From Negaprion brevirostris (Eukaryota), in NCBI GenBank assembly GCA_030324005.1, contig JARDVH010000128.1, positions 18,346,545 to 18,410,544 on the forward strand: DNA of 64,000 nucleotides, written 5' to 3'. The notes below the pieces were generated by a model, which was not told the origin of the DNA, made no database searches, and worked only from the letters and a program-made list of their open reading frames with translations. Position numbers and translations under genes: made by a program. This document shows, piece by piece, positions 25,275 to 38,321 of this stretch. The stretch's first letter is position 1, and each line of letters begins with the position of its first letter.

Positions 25275-25665
25275 CAGAACAAAGAACAAAGAACAGCACA
25301 GCACCGGAAATAGGCCCTTCGGCCCTACAAGCCCATGCCGCCATTTTAACACTCAGTGAGTGCCTTATTCAAGTCTTTCTTCTACGTACAACTTTTGTCT
25401 ACCTCTAGTCGACTCCACAATAAGGGGGTGAAAATTTAGGGAATTATATGTGCTCCAGATTAAGGGAGGTCCAATTTATTGACACCAATCAGCCTAAAAG
25501 CATGTTTTTGGGGTATGGGAGGAAACCAGAGTACCTGGAGAAAACCCACGCAAACACGGGGAGAATGTGCAAACTCCCACAGACATTGACCCAAGCCGGA
25601 GATCCGACCCGGGTCCCTGTAACTGCACAGCAAACAGTGATGGTCACTGAGCTGTCATGTTGCCC
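25275..25665 (-). mobile_element. Diverged HE1-like SINE
   Basis: gggaggaaaccagag..aaaacccacgcaaacacggggagaatgtgcaaactcc core and (agaacaa)n tail. Confidence 0.65.
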
Positions 25666-28304
25666 GTCAATTGGTCCAGATCCACTGCATTATGCACCAG
25701 CCAGACACTTGATAGACCAGCAGTGGGCTTTGCCCAGGATCATAGATGCCAGGGATGAAAGTCCACCTGCCAGAAAATGTTGGCCAATCAGAAAGTATTC
25801 GTTCTATTGAACAGCAGTGCCATGGGGAAGGCAATGACTACTGTTGGTATGACACCCACCTGAAGCCCCACTTGATGCCAGATCAAGATGAGTAACAGTA
25901 GGGTGGGGGTCATGGGGGAGGGGTGTGGATGAGGATTGGAAACAAGGGCAGGTCAGTGGCCTGCTTCTTCCTGATGCCAGGTCCCTCAACTATGCACTGA
26001 GTACCTTTGAATGAGGGACTCCCCTCTGGGAGCTGCAGACAAACCTGCCAGGGTTTGCTTGTGCTCCTTGCATGGCAAACTCTCTGTCTGCTGCTGTTTT
26101 TATACCAGTAGCCATTAAGGGATGAGACTTTTAAGTGACCATTAATTGGCCACTTAAGGGTATTAGTTGGCATTGGGGTGGGATGGCCATCCTTGGGCCT
26201 TCCCACCATGGACTGAATTGATAAGGTCCCCACCTGCCACTCTCAACCCAAGAGCCTGGTTGAAGTTAACTAAGTAAGTAAGTTTTGATTTTAATTCACT
26301 CTGCACTTGCTGAGTTAAATAAAGCAGATTATTGACTTGGACCTACCCTCATCTCATTCAGGAGCTATTGCCTTGCTGCATAAAGAACTGTAATTGAAAA
26401 CAAATGGGCAAGACACAATATTCAGTTCAGGTACCAAGAGTTTACCATCCATTTTGTGCTCTGGGTGCAATTGCTGTATGATTTGATATTGTTACTTCAT
26501 ATTCCTTAATAAATTCTACAGACTGACTGGCACCACTAAACCTAAGAAAATATCTAACACAAATCCAAAAATTATAACGCCCTGTCTTTGTTGAGTTAGC
26601 TGATTCCCAGCTGTGACAGCAATTAGATATTGCAATTAACCCGAATGCCTCTGAGAGAGAAGAAATTTGACCAGGGTCCTGCACCTGATAATNNNNNNNN
26701 NNNNNNNNNNNNNNNNNNNNNNNNNNNNNNNNNNNNNNNNNNNNNNNNNNNNNNNNNNNNNNNNNNNNNNNNNNNNNNNNNNNNNNNNNNNNACAGCACC
26801 CCGCCCCCCCCACCTCCATTGTAGTATAATTCTTTGCTAATTTTCTTTGCTCTTAGTTCTGACGAAGGGTCATCTAGATTCAATGTTGGCTCTATTCTCT
26901 CTCCACAGATGTTATCAGACCTGCTGAAATTTTCCAGCGTTGTGTTTTTATTTCAGATTCCATTGAGTGGATTTGTAAACACTGCAAAATCAACCTATGA
27001 AAAGAATATTTTGGTCTTCTTCAATTGGTGGCTTTAGCCAGTCAATGAGTAGTAACACATTTAAATTGGAGAAAACAGTCATAGGTTCTTGCAAGTATGA
27101 CATTCACCCAGCATATATAAAAAAAGGACAAAAGACAGCACCAGATAGAAAATTCAAAAGGCCAGTGAAACAGAAATTGTCACTACAAAAGAGTTAACGT
27201 TTTTGTCTCATGTCTACAGACCACACAAGTTTATAACTTATACGAACACCTTCTGGAGATGGTAACTTTTAACACAGCTGTCACTTTAAACTAACCATGC
27301 ATGAATGTCCCATTGAATGACGATGTACTACCCCATTGGTCAGAGAGTGTATTGCATGCACTCATGATCCTCATTTAGTGAATTTCCAATGTGAGCCATG
27401 TTAGGTGAGGCGCGATGGAAGAGTAAGGCACTTCCTCATTGGGTATCAGACTACCAAGAGTTATGAATTGATTTGCACCCCATCACTCCTCACACCCTTT
27501 CCCTGGCTTCTATTCCGTTTCTTTCCTTAGCTACCTGTTGTAGTTAAGAGTTTTTCACCCAGATCACCAGTGTTTCCCAGCTGGTAAAGTCACTCTGTCC
27601 CATTTTTTGTTCCCTTTCATTTGTGTAGCAATGGAGGAAATTGGGAAACCAGCAGAAGAGGGGATAAGACTTATCCCGGAACTTGGCATGCTGGTTCAGG
27701 GCACCATCCACGTAAACACAAATTGAACCCAGTAGTGAGGAAATAGAAACTGGGAAGTGATCTTTGTTGCCCAAGTCAATGAAATGTCATGCAGGTTATA
27801 GCTAAAAGCTAGAAACAAAAATACATTTTGAATGTTGAATGCATTTGCTCTTATAGCATTAAAGTTGCATTACTTTCTTTGTCTCTCTAATAAGATAGTC
27901 CATGCAAAAGTATTTGCAACAACTTGACATTAAGACTATGCAACATTACAATTTTAGCTTCAAAAGTTTCAGAAAATGGAAGGAAGAATTCTGGTTTTTA
28001 TATATTTAGGTACAATTCAAAAGGCCAGTGAAACAGAAATTGTCACTACAAAAAGTTAACATTTTTGTCCCATGTTTAGATACCACANNNNNNNNNNNNN
28101 NNNNNNNNNTGGCCTATATTAAAGCACATGTCTCAAATTTGTAAGGATTTGATGTATTACTTTATTTATACAACATCTCCTTTCCTTGCCCTTTAATTTT
28201 CTGCTATTTTCAACACAAATGATGGTTGCAGGACATAAAGAAGGGCCACTGGGAGCTTAATGTGAGAATTTAGGCATCAAGTTTTGGCACATTATTCTGC
28301 AATG

Positions 28305-30090
28305 GAACATAACAGGAACAGGAGTAGGCCATGGATCTGCCCTTCCATTTAACAAGATTATGGCTGATCTTCTACCTTAATGCTATTTTCCTGCATGATC
28401 CCTACATTCTTTTAGGTAATTGGTATTTAGAAATCTATAAACTTCTACTTTGAACATATTCAAGGACTGAGCTTCCAGAGCCCTCTGGGGTAGGGAATTC
28501 TAAAGATTCACCATCTTCTGACTGAAGAAATTCCTCTTCACCTCAGTCCTAAATTGCATTTTATTTGTAAACTGTGACCCTGATTCCTCGAACTCCCTCA
28601 TTCAGAGGAAACTTTTTTTCTCTATTCTGCAAAGCTTTGTAGAATTCTGTATGCTTGAATTAGGTCACCTCTCATTTTTCTAAACTCTAGGAGAATATGG
28701 GCCCAGTCTCTTCATAGGACAATTCCATGTCCCAGGGATTAGCCAGGTGAACCTTTGGTGCACTCCTGCCATGTTCAGTATATCCTGCATTGGGTAAGGA
28801 GATTAAAGCTACATAAAATATTTTACATGTGGATTTATCAAGATTCTAAACAACCGCTGCAAGATTTCCTTACTCCTGTTCTCAAATTGCCTTGCAATGA
28901 AGGCTAACAAACCATTTGCCTTCCTAATTGCTTGTTGCACTTGCACGTTAGCTTACAGTGACCCAAGAATAAGAACATCCATGTCCCTTTGGACATCAAC
29001 ACTCTCAACAATCCCTCCCCTATTTAAGGGATGCTCTTCATTTTCCTACCATAAGTAATAATTTCACATTTTCCACATTGTATTCCATTGGCCATGTTCT
29101 TGCTTTTCTAAATCCCTTTGAAGCCTTGAATCAGCAAACTTAGAGACATTACATTTGGCCTTCATATCCAAATCATTATTATAGATTGTGAACATATGGG
29201 CCCAAGTACTACTCCTTGCAGTACCCCACTGATTACAGCCTGCCAATTTGAAAATGACCAATTTATTTCTACTCAGTTTTCTGTCCATTAACCAATCCTT
29301 AATCCATGCCAGTATATTACCTCCAATTTCATGTGTTCCAATTTTGCTTACAAACTACTTCTGTGGGATTTTATGGAAAGCTTTCTGAAAATCCAAATAC
29401 ACCACATCGACTGGTTCTCCCTTATCTATCCTGCTAGTAACACCATTCAAAAGCGCCAACAAGTTTGTGAAACATGGTTTCCCTTTCATAAATCCATGCT
29501 GACTCTGTCCAATCCTACCATTATTTTCGAAGTGCCTAGTTATCACATTCTTTATAATAAGATTCTAACATATCCCCTATTCCAGATGTCAAATTAACAG
29601 GTCCATAGTTTTATGTTTTTTCTCCTTCTTTTCTTAAGTAGGGGAGTAAAATTTGCTACCTTCCAATCCACAGGCACTATTCCAGAATCTGTAGAATTTT
29701 GAAAGATGATCACCAATGCATCTGCTTTCCCTACAGTCACTTCTTTCAATACTCTGGGATATAGATAATTGGGTCAGAGGATTTATCAACTTTCAGTATC
29801 ATTAACTCATCCAGCACTCTTTTTTTTTATACAAAACTAATTTACTTCCGGTCCTCAGTCTCATCAGTTCTTTGGCACCCCAATATTTCTGGTCAATTCT
29901 TGCATCTTCCCCCATGAAGGCAGGCACGAAGTATGGGTTGAGTTCTCTGCCATTTATTTATTATAAATTCTCCATTCTCTGTTTGTAATGGGCTCACATT
30001 CTTTATAACCTTCCCCTTTTTACATACTTATAGCCCATTTTTATGCTCCTTGCTAATTTACTCTCGTATTCCATTTTGATTCTCCTTTGT
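28305..30090 (-). mobile_element. CR1-like LINE ORF2 remnant
   Basis: SQHGFMKGKPCFTNLL..DKGEPVDVVYLDFQKAF and SKFAD; 3' tail near 28310. Confidence 0.9.
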
Positions 30091-31878
30091 TGAGTGATGC
30101 CATGCAAACTATGGCATCATCAACTATCATTTCAGCTGACACCAGCAACTACATAGACCAGAAATAAAATTTGGGAGCGCCTGGTCCCATACAGTGTAGA
30201 TACAGACTGCTGCATTTACCTACTAATACACTATTAACCCTGTTACTGCCTTAAGAGAGGCTCATTAAATTAATTCAAAATTGTGGACTTGAGTGGACCT
30301 GATCCACTTATGCTGGCCCACAGAAGGGCACTTCCAATGATTTCATATACACTTCCACACAAGGCTCTGCCAACACCAATAAATATCCTTTATCTGTAGA
30401 TTCATCAACAAATTCAGCTGGTGTTCACATTGCTGTGCCTATTTTCCTCAGCATAAATCCAACACTGAATGCACAGTTACTTTACACAGACAGCTTTGGA
30501 AACAGAAGCAGTTCATTTACACCAGCAAAATCAAAAATAAGATTTGGTTGTACATCAGGTTCACTGCAATCCCTCCTGTATTAAGGAAATACAAGGTCCT
30601 TGCTTACATGCTGGAACTGGCCCAGATTCTATTTACACAGATGATTATGAAGATTGATCTTTTGGCAAGGAGACAAAAAAAAGTCCAGTTTAAATTATAC
30701 CGTTGAATTGTGAAGCACTCAGATCATTGAATAAGGAGTAGGAAAGAGCTGAGAACTAGAGAAGTTGAGGGTTATTTAATAATGGGTATGAGGGAGGTAA
30801 AATATCTGGGTCATAATCATACAATACAGACTTTAATACAGAGGAGAAGAGAGTTGTTTGCAATCAAATACAATAAAAATAATATTTTTCCTCAAAACTG
30901 AGAAATGTTAATTTGAGACAATGCAAATTATTATTCGTTTGCTTCTAGGACTTAGACAAATCAGCAAGTGCAACACAGTTAATGAATACTATGTTAAAAG
31001 GCATCTTATTAAAATATATTTCAAACTGTATAGTAAAAGACCAATTTATTTGTTACTTGAATCAGAAGAGGAATACTGCAATTACTACACAAAAAAATAA
31101 GGAGACCTGGATGCGCAGCACTACACCACCTCACTCCACCAGAAAAATATACTACATTTTTGTATTTTCTGCTGGCTCATCTGCACTGAACTGTTGATGC
31201 TTATTATGTTTCCAAATACCTAGACAGGTAAGAGCTTCAGTCTGTCAGGCTTTATGGTTTTACATGGAGACAGTTTGGGTAGTTTAACCTAATGCTTAGT
31301 GCATATTGGTGAATAACACATGGCTTTCTACATTTTAGGTACTAATCCTGTCCCTAGAGACCACAAAGATTGCAGGTTTAGGGAGACAGGTGGTGCTAAG
31401 ACACACTGTTGGAGTAAGGTGAAGGATAAGTGACTTGGTAGTTGACCTTTAACCTTGAAATACTTGACATTGACACTGGGTGACAAATTGTAAGCAGTCT
31501 TACACTGAAGTCTTGCAGTCAAGACTGTAAATCTGTACCCTAAAATAGAGAAAACACAGGAAAATGAAATTTCCATTTCCAAAACTTGTGCATTATAGTT
31601 TTCTCTGGGGGTATTGAGTGATTTCCAAGACCAGGACAAATTGTATTTTTCACTGAAGGAGTAGGTATTCGCTGACCTAACTATAGTTGATGTACTGTAC
31701 TTCTCCAGTACAGTGCAAACTTCAGCATAAAATAGATTGAGAATAATACATGTTATACTGTAAGGACACATTCATCTATCTGGTCTTTTACTGTGCAGTG
31801 TTGAATCAGTAAGGGTGTGGTTAGGGAGGGCAGGGGGTATCGCAGGTTGTTTAGCAGATCAACGTGGTGAAAGCTCAC

Positions 31879-31964
31879 CATTCCTTGTGTCATGAGCCAC
31901 TTGTCTATAGGCTCGAGGTCTGGATTGTCAGTTTNNNNNNNNNNGTTTTAATGTTCAGCTGCAT
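31879..31964 (-). CDS. TOM1L2: TOM1L2 candidate alternative exon 12b: MQLNIK(T)-gap-TDNPDLEPIDKWLMTQGM
   Basis: gttgcag acceptor, ATG/gtgag donor, phase 0-0, no stops in the readable parts; spans a 10-N gap. Resembles the DLEPIDSWLITQGM insert I recall from long vertebrate TOM1L2 isoforms (unverified). Confidence 0.8.
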
Positions 31965-32530
31965 CTGCAACAGAGCATTCTCAAAGGCCCAGTAGTCAAA
32001 AAAAGGACAAAGCCAAGAAAGAGAAAGAGAAATCCACATCAGATTACTGTAGAATATTTCCAGCACACCACTACGATTTTTTAGGCAAAAATAAATATTT
32101 GCACAGAAGTAACAACTTTCATCTCGAAGGTAATAAAAGTAATGGATGGTCATGAATGGATTACAAAAGGTTACTTGTTGCCTTGAAGTTAATGAGGTCA
32201 AAAATAAAGAACCTCTTATTTGTCTTAGTAATATTCCCAAACCATCATTTATATAGCATGCCCTGGCAAAATGATTAGTTCAGCAAGATTCTGTGTGAAA
32301 ACTGATTGGAGTAATATACAGATTACATGGTCAAACAGAATAACAAACTCGGACACAAACGTATGCATGTAAGCACCAGAAACAATGCAAATTTGTACAC
32401 TTGAATGGAAGTCCTTTCCATCAATGCGCATTTATTTAACCAAGTAGCATGTACCAAATCGTGCCTGTACATTTCAGCAAAGCAGCTGATATATCTGTGG
32501 TCTAGGATATTAAAAAAGTCATATCTGAAC

Positions 32531-32822
32531 ATGGTGGTTAGCACTGCTGTCCCACAGCACCAGGGATCTGGGTTCGATTCCCGACTTGGGTCACTGTCCG
32601 TGTGGAGTTTGTATGTTCTCCCCGTATCTGCATGGATTTCCTCCAGGTGCTCCGGGTTCCTTCCACAGTTTGAAAGACTTGCTGGTTGGGTGCATTGGCC
32701 ATGCTAAATTGTTCCTCAGTGTACTTGAATAGGTGCCAGACTGTGGCAATTAGGGGATTTTCGTTGCAGTGTTAAAGTAAGTCTACTTGTGACACTAATA
32801 AACAAATTTAAAACTTTAAACT
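32531..32822 (+). mobile_element. HE1-like SINE (alternative A-rich tail variant)
   Basis: ggttcgattccc B box, V-core, and cttgtgacactaataaa tail like the copies at 3986 and 56545. Confidence 0.85.
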
Positions 32823-34614
32823 AAATGGATCTGAATTTTTTTTGTCTGCTGATTAATTTCAAATAATTTTCATTTCTCAGAGCTGTATTATATCTATCAA
32901 GATTGGTAATCTTCTTGAAATGCAAGCCAGTCCTTTTAGACTGATTTGTAAACAGTCTTAAAGTCCAGATGACAATAATAAACTGATATTCTGTGGTTTT
33001 GGAAGACTGTGGCAATTTCTTCAAATGTACACATACGTACAAAAAGTGATTTCCATTTTAGTGTCTGAATGTTTCACTTTGCCTCCTTGGTAAAATAACC
33101 TTTTTTAGCAACTTGAATATAAAAATATGAAAAGAATGAAACTCAGAAGAAAATAACCTCTACAGAGACAAATCATAACACCTGTCCAGACAGATAACTA
33201 TGGTTGCTCCTGCAACAAGTTATACTGGATTGAAGTCAAGTTTAGCTAAAACTACAAACACAATAGTGAGTTAATTTAGTGAAACTCAAACAAAAGGTTG
33301 AGTGTAACAGTTAGTAATGCTGAAATGTAAAGGACCACAGAAAAACAAATTGTGTATAACCCTTAAGGGCCCAAGTAATTATCCAGAAATAAAGCTCAAA
33401 GTTTTTTTTGCAATTTCATACTATTACTCTGGGGATCCCAATCCTACTAAAATAACATATTTCCAGAAATAAACATTCCAAAAGATGGAGAGACTACATC
33501 ATGCATGTTTACTTGTGATATTAGAGCTGGTGCCTGTCAGATTTTAAATTGAAAACTGCTATGTAGACAGAGTGCTGTACAACAGTCAACAGCAGCCTCC
33601 CCTCCCAACAGCATATGATTGACGATAAGTGCTAACAAAAGCAAAGTTTGAATTTGAAGTAACGCTCTATTTCAATATTCAAATCTAAATCTGTCCATTC
33701 AGATAACTGAAATTTCACATGTTAATTAAAACCAAGTAAATCATGGCAAATTACACAATCCTTATTTGTACCCACAGTAGAAATCTATTATGGCTAATAC
33801 AATCCATAAATCAAAGTTAGAGGGAAGTAGGTTTGGAGTGAAAATTTGCTTTTGTGCCCAAGTATAATTTGAAACTCAAAATGTAATTCCAAATTTGATC
33901 ATGGTGGTGGTGGTGGGGAGGAAGAGAGAGAGAGAGAAAGGTTGCAATCTATTTTCACTTTTTTCTCAAAAAATGGCTCAGACCATATTACTTGGGAGGC
34001 AATCATTTTTTTTCCCCCCCCATATTAACTTTTCCTGATTAGATGCCATATCATCTGACAGATAAGCAATCAGATAATCTTGCCACACCCTCTCTGCATA
34101 CTTCTCCAGCCCTATGTTACAGCTCACCATTCCACTTTACGACAAATCCTCATCTTCATTTATTCAAATGGCAGAGCATTTGCTGCATGTCCTGTGATCT
34201 TCCAAAGTCTCTTCATGTTCTCTCATTACATTCAAAAGTTAAGACAGGACTGTGCTTTTAGTCACCTCTAGTCTCCTACTTTCTGCTTAGTGTGCACTAT
34301 TGACATGCAAAGTGCTTTGGTAAATGCAATTTTGTGGAATATTGCTGCTGTTATTATTTTTAAACTGGGAAGTGTGGCTAAGTGAGGACAGAACATTTTA
34401 TTCTTCCTTGCTGTGGAGAAGTTTTTGGGTTGTATTCTGAACTTCTCTGTAATAAAAGTCAAAAACCAGGGAATCATCAATTCAAATCTGGAGTACTGTA
34501 ATCTAAAACCTAATACCTATTTCTCTAGCTATATGAGGTTTAGCCATTGGATGCAGATGTAAACATTATAGAAACTGTCTGCATTTTAGAACTTGATATT
34601 GTGTTGTGTCACTG

Positions 34615-35600
34615 AATACACAAGAACTAGAAGCAAGAGTAGGCTACAGGCCCTTCAAGCCTGCCCTGTCACTCAATACAATCATGGCTGCTCTATACTG
34701 GCTACTTTTCTGGCCATTCCCCCAAAGCCCTCTATTTCTTCATCTATCAAATATTTATCCACCGCCATTTTGAATACTTTTCATGATCCAGCTTCTGGGA
34801 CAGAGAATGTTATGCAAGAGATTCACCAATTGAGAAGAAATTTTTCCACATTTTAGTTTTAAGTGGCCAGCTCTTTATCTTGAAGACACATCCCCTTGTT
34901 TGAGATTCTCCCACTAGTGAAAACAACTCAACATCTATCTTGTCAAGCTCCCCTCAGGATCTTATGTGTTTGAGAGGTGACCTTATTCACTCTTTTAAAC
35001 ACCAAGGAATACAAACCCAGACTGTTTAGTCTCTCTTCGATAGAATAACCCTCTCATTCCAGGAACTATCATGGTGAACCTCCTCTAATGACTGCTTCTA
35101 ACGTTACTGTGTCCTTTTTCAGGCAAGGAAACCAAAATCGTTTTCAGTATTCCAGGTGAAGCTTCACTAACACCCTGTACAAAATCTCCCTCTTTTTAAA
35201 GCCCAACCCCAAGCCAAAATGCCATTTGCCACCTTAATGACTTGTTGAACCTGCTTGCTAGCTTTTTGTGATTCATGCACTAGAACACCTAAATGCCCCT
35301 GTACCTAACTCACATGCAGTCTCTCTCTATTTAGATAATAATCTGTCTTTTGATTCGTCCTACTAAATTATACGACCTCTCAATTCCCCATATTAAACTC
35401 CATTCGCCAGGTTTTTGCCCAGTCACCCAAGCTATTATATCCCACTGCAGGATCACAACATCTTCCTTGCAACATGCCCTTCCACCCACCTTCGTATCAT
35501 TGGCAAATTTAGAAACCTTACATCTGTTCCTTCTTCCAAGTCATTAATGTAAATAATGAACAATTGTGGGCCAAGAACTGATCGCTGTGGTACTCAACAA
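34615..35600 (-). mobile_element. CR1-like LINE 3' remnant
   Basis: KFANDTKVGG-like RT motif at about 35490-35515 and CR1 3' UTR/tail near 34620. Confidence 0.8.
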
Positions 35601-36151
35601 TGGTGAGCTTACATGTCATTTTCCAAACCTTGCATTAATCTCAACCATAACACTGGGTAAGTGTCAAGCAAAGGCATCAATCCAAAAGTATTGAAAACGG
35701 ACATGTACCCTAAGCCGATTTATTTTAGCTACTAGCAATCAATTTCAGGAGAGAAAGCTGGTCACTAGCTCCCTGGTATTTAGCCAAGAACAATACAAGT
35801 ATTTGATTAAAATGCAATGGCTATTAAATATTCCAAAAATTTTTAAACATGAGCATTATACTTGAGCAGATGAATATGATAACATCTAGCGGCATCATTG
35901 GGGCTGTCGTTTAAAATGAAACCGGACCCCAGGCACCTGTGGTAGCACACAGATCTTTTTGAAAATTGAATTCCTTGGCTACATTTTTCATTTCATTTGG
36001 CATAGCAAGCAAACTACGCATCGATGGTTTAAACACTCATCTTTCAACTGAAATACCAAAACAGTTTATCACTGTGAAAGAACAGAAACATTTACATGGA
36101 AGGAAAGGTTTCTTTTAATTCAACGATATCTTAAAAAGTTAAAGCTCTTAC

Positions 36152-36227
36152 CATTGCTGCATTATTTTGTCGAACATCAATGGCAGTTGCCAATCCTCCA
36201 ACTGACTGCAAGTCCTCATAGGTTACA
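36152..36227 (-). CDS. TOM1L2: TOM1L2 exon 12, 76 nt: (N)VTYEDLQSVGGLATAIDVRQNNAAM
   Basis: ttgcag acceptor after an 83-nt intron, gtaag donor, phase 2 to 0. Confidence 0.95.
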
Positions 36228-36310
36228 CTGCAAGCAAGAAATATACAGGAAATTAAAATCCCCATGTATAAATTTCATGCAATTTCATATTCAGACGTGA
36301 GTATACTCAC

Positions 36311-36440
36311 TTTTTGCGCTGATCAGCCAGAGAACTACTTCTGGTCTGTGCAAACATATCAAAGTTAGCCGAATCTCGAGCATCTGGATTGCAGTTGGTC
36401 AATGAGCTCAGGGTACCACTAACATTATCTGTGCCCAGAT
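36311..36440 (-). CDS. TOM1L2: TOM1L2 exon 11, 130 nt: (D)LGTDNVSGTLSSLTNCNPDARDSANFDMFAQTRSSSLADQRK(N)
   Basis: tttcag acceptor, gtgagt donor, phase 1 to 2; FDMFAQTR motif. Confidence 0.96.
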
Positions 36441-36489
36441 CTGAAAAAATAAAATACCTCAATAGTAGTTATACCAATATCAGGGTAAA

Positions 36490-38190
36490 CTATTCCATAC
36501 AGAAACACAAAATACTGTTGGAGGTGAAAATCTGGAATAAAATTAAAAAGTCCAGGAAATACTCAGTGAATCTGTGGAGAGAGAAACAGAGCTAACATTT
36601 CAGGTCAATGACCTTGCATTAAAAACTGGAAAATATTAGCGATATGCCAGATTTAAAGCAAGTATTGTGGTTGGGAAAGTGGAGAGGTCCCTGATAAAGT
36701 GATATACAGGAGAGATTAAATGACAAAATGAAAAGAATGCAAGGCAAAAAGGGGTGATAATTGAACAAAGAAAAAAAATGCGTCTAGAGGAGGCTCAACA
36801 CTTCAACCTCACACCATAGTGGTCTGAGGCCTCTTGCTTCTTCCTTGAATGGAGGCCCAGCCAGCATCCATCCAACTGACTGAACTTTTTCTTCACATTG
36901 AACTATTTCTCTTTCAGTTTCTCCAAATGATAAGGTGTTGCTATGGGAGCTAACATTCTTGTGGGATATTTAAAACATTCTTTTTTTCCAGTCCTACTTG
37001 GGTCTGTCCTTCAGCTTTCACCAGTACGTTGTTCCCTGCTCTCACCCTGAATTGGAAAGTTAATCAACTCTGTCACCATTTCCATACTGCTCTCACCTTC
37101 ACATGGTCTACCTTCCTGACTCTCCCATTCCTGATTTGCTTGTCTCTATTTAATAGAAATGTCTATAGTGGTCATTGGGCGATGGCTTATCAAGGTAAGT
37201 AATTCTGTGGGAAAACAAAATAAGGAACACTTCACACTTTGACAGGGTAAGGGTTGCTGGCATGACCACAGACCAGAGAGGATGCAAGTGAGACTAAAGA
37301 TCAGTGAAGGATGGAGAAAGAGAATGTGTACAAACTGGAACCCACAATCCGAAAGGGGGGACGATTTGTGTCAGGGAGTGATGTGCACTGTATCATTAGG
37401 GTAGAGGAGGCCCAAAAAAGTGCTCTTGAAATATTCCATATATGAAACACTTACATTTATAGTCTGCCTCTTTGAGCCCTCCTCACAACACTTTCCCAGA
37501 GAAACCCAAGAGATGCAACACCTTCCCTTTCCTCCCTTCTCACCATCCAAACACTCCTTTGGGGTGAAACAGCAATTTACTTTCATATTTTTCTATTTAT
37601 GTACTGCATTTCCTGCTCATGACAGCAGTTTCCTCTATACTAGGGAGACGGCTTTGCAAAATACCTGCTTAGTTGCATGGCCTCAAGCTTCCAGTAACTT
37701 GTCATTTGAATTCCCCACCGCTATTCTTGACAGCGGCCTCCTGCATTGTTCCAATTAAGCTCAATGCAAGTTTGAGGAACAGCACATAATCTTTTAATGA
37801 GATGCTTAACAGCCTTCTGGCCTCAAAACTGACTTCAGCAATTTCATGTTGTCTTCTGACCCATCTTGTTTTGCGTTTTCTGGTTTTGATTTTGGGCAGC
37901 AGAGTTGGTAATGATTTCACTTTCCTATTGAACTTCATGGAGACAAATCTTTTCTTCCTACTGTCACCCCCTTTTTGCCTTGCACCATCATTTAATCTCT
38001 CCCATCCTCCACTGTATCACAAGCCTTCCCTTTTGTTCTCTCCTCCCATTCCCCCTTCAATGCCTTTTTACTTGCTTTAAAAGCTTGTCAAATCTTTAAC
38101 TTTTTTCCAGTTCTGATGAAGGGTCACTGATCTGAAACGTTATTTCCAAATTTTATGCAGAGTTAATCAGTAGGTCTGGCAGCATGAAAC
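36490..38190 (+). mobile_element. Decayed Penelope-like retroelement (RT plus GIY-YIG remnants, inverted terminal repeat copy)
   Basis: LNYFSF..GVAMG RT-like piece (about 36895-36950); YCI..C..LYTRET and HCSN*AQCKFEEQHIIF GIY-YIG-like pieces (37560-37820); terminal repeat at 38090-38190 with an inverted copy at 36500-36640. Confidence 0.75.
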
Positions 38191-38321
38191 AATCTTGTTT
38201 TAAAAGGTGCTCAAAATGGCATTTATCAATTAGACAGAAATTCAGATTTTGAATTTAGAATAAAAGAAATGAAGGGAATTTCCTCTAATTGCTGCTAGTA
38301 GCAAGTTTATAAACTTGAGAC

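Noticed and set aside
30600-30860. Splice-site-like motifs on minus (gtaagc donor, pyrimidine tracts)
   Set aside because: Candidate exons either hit stops in the TOM1L2 frame or do not preserve phase, and have no recognisable peptide.
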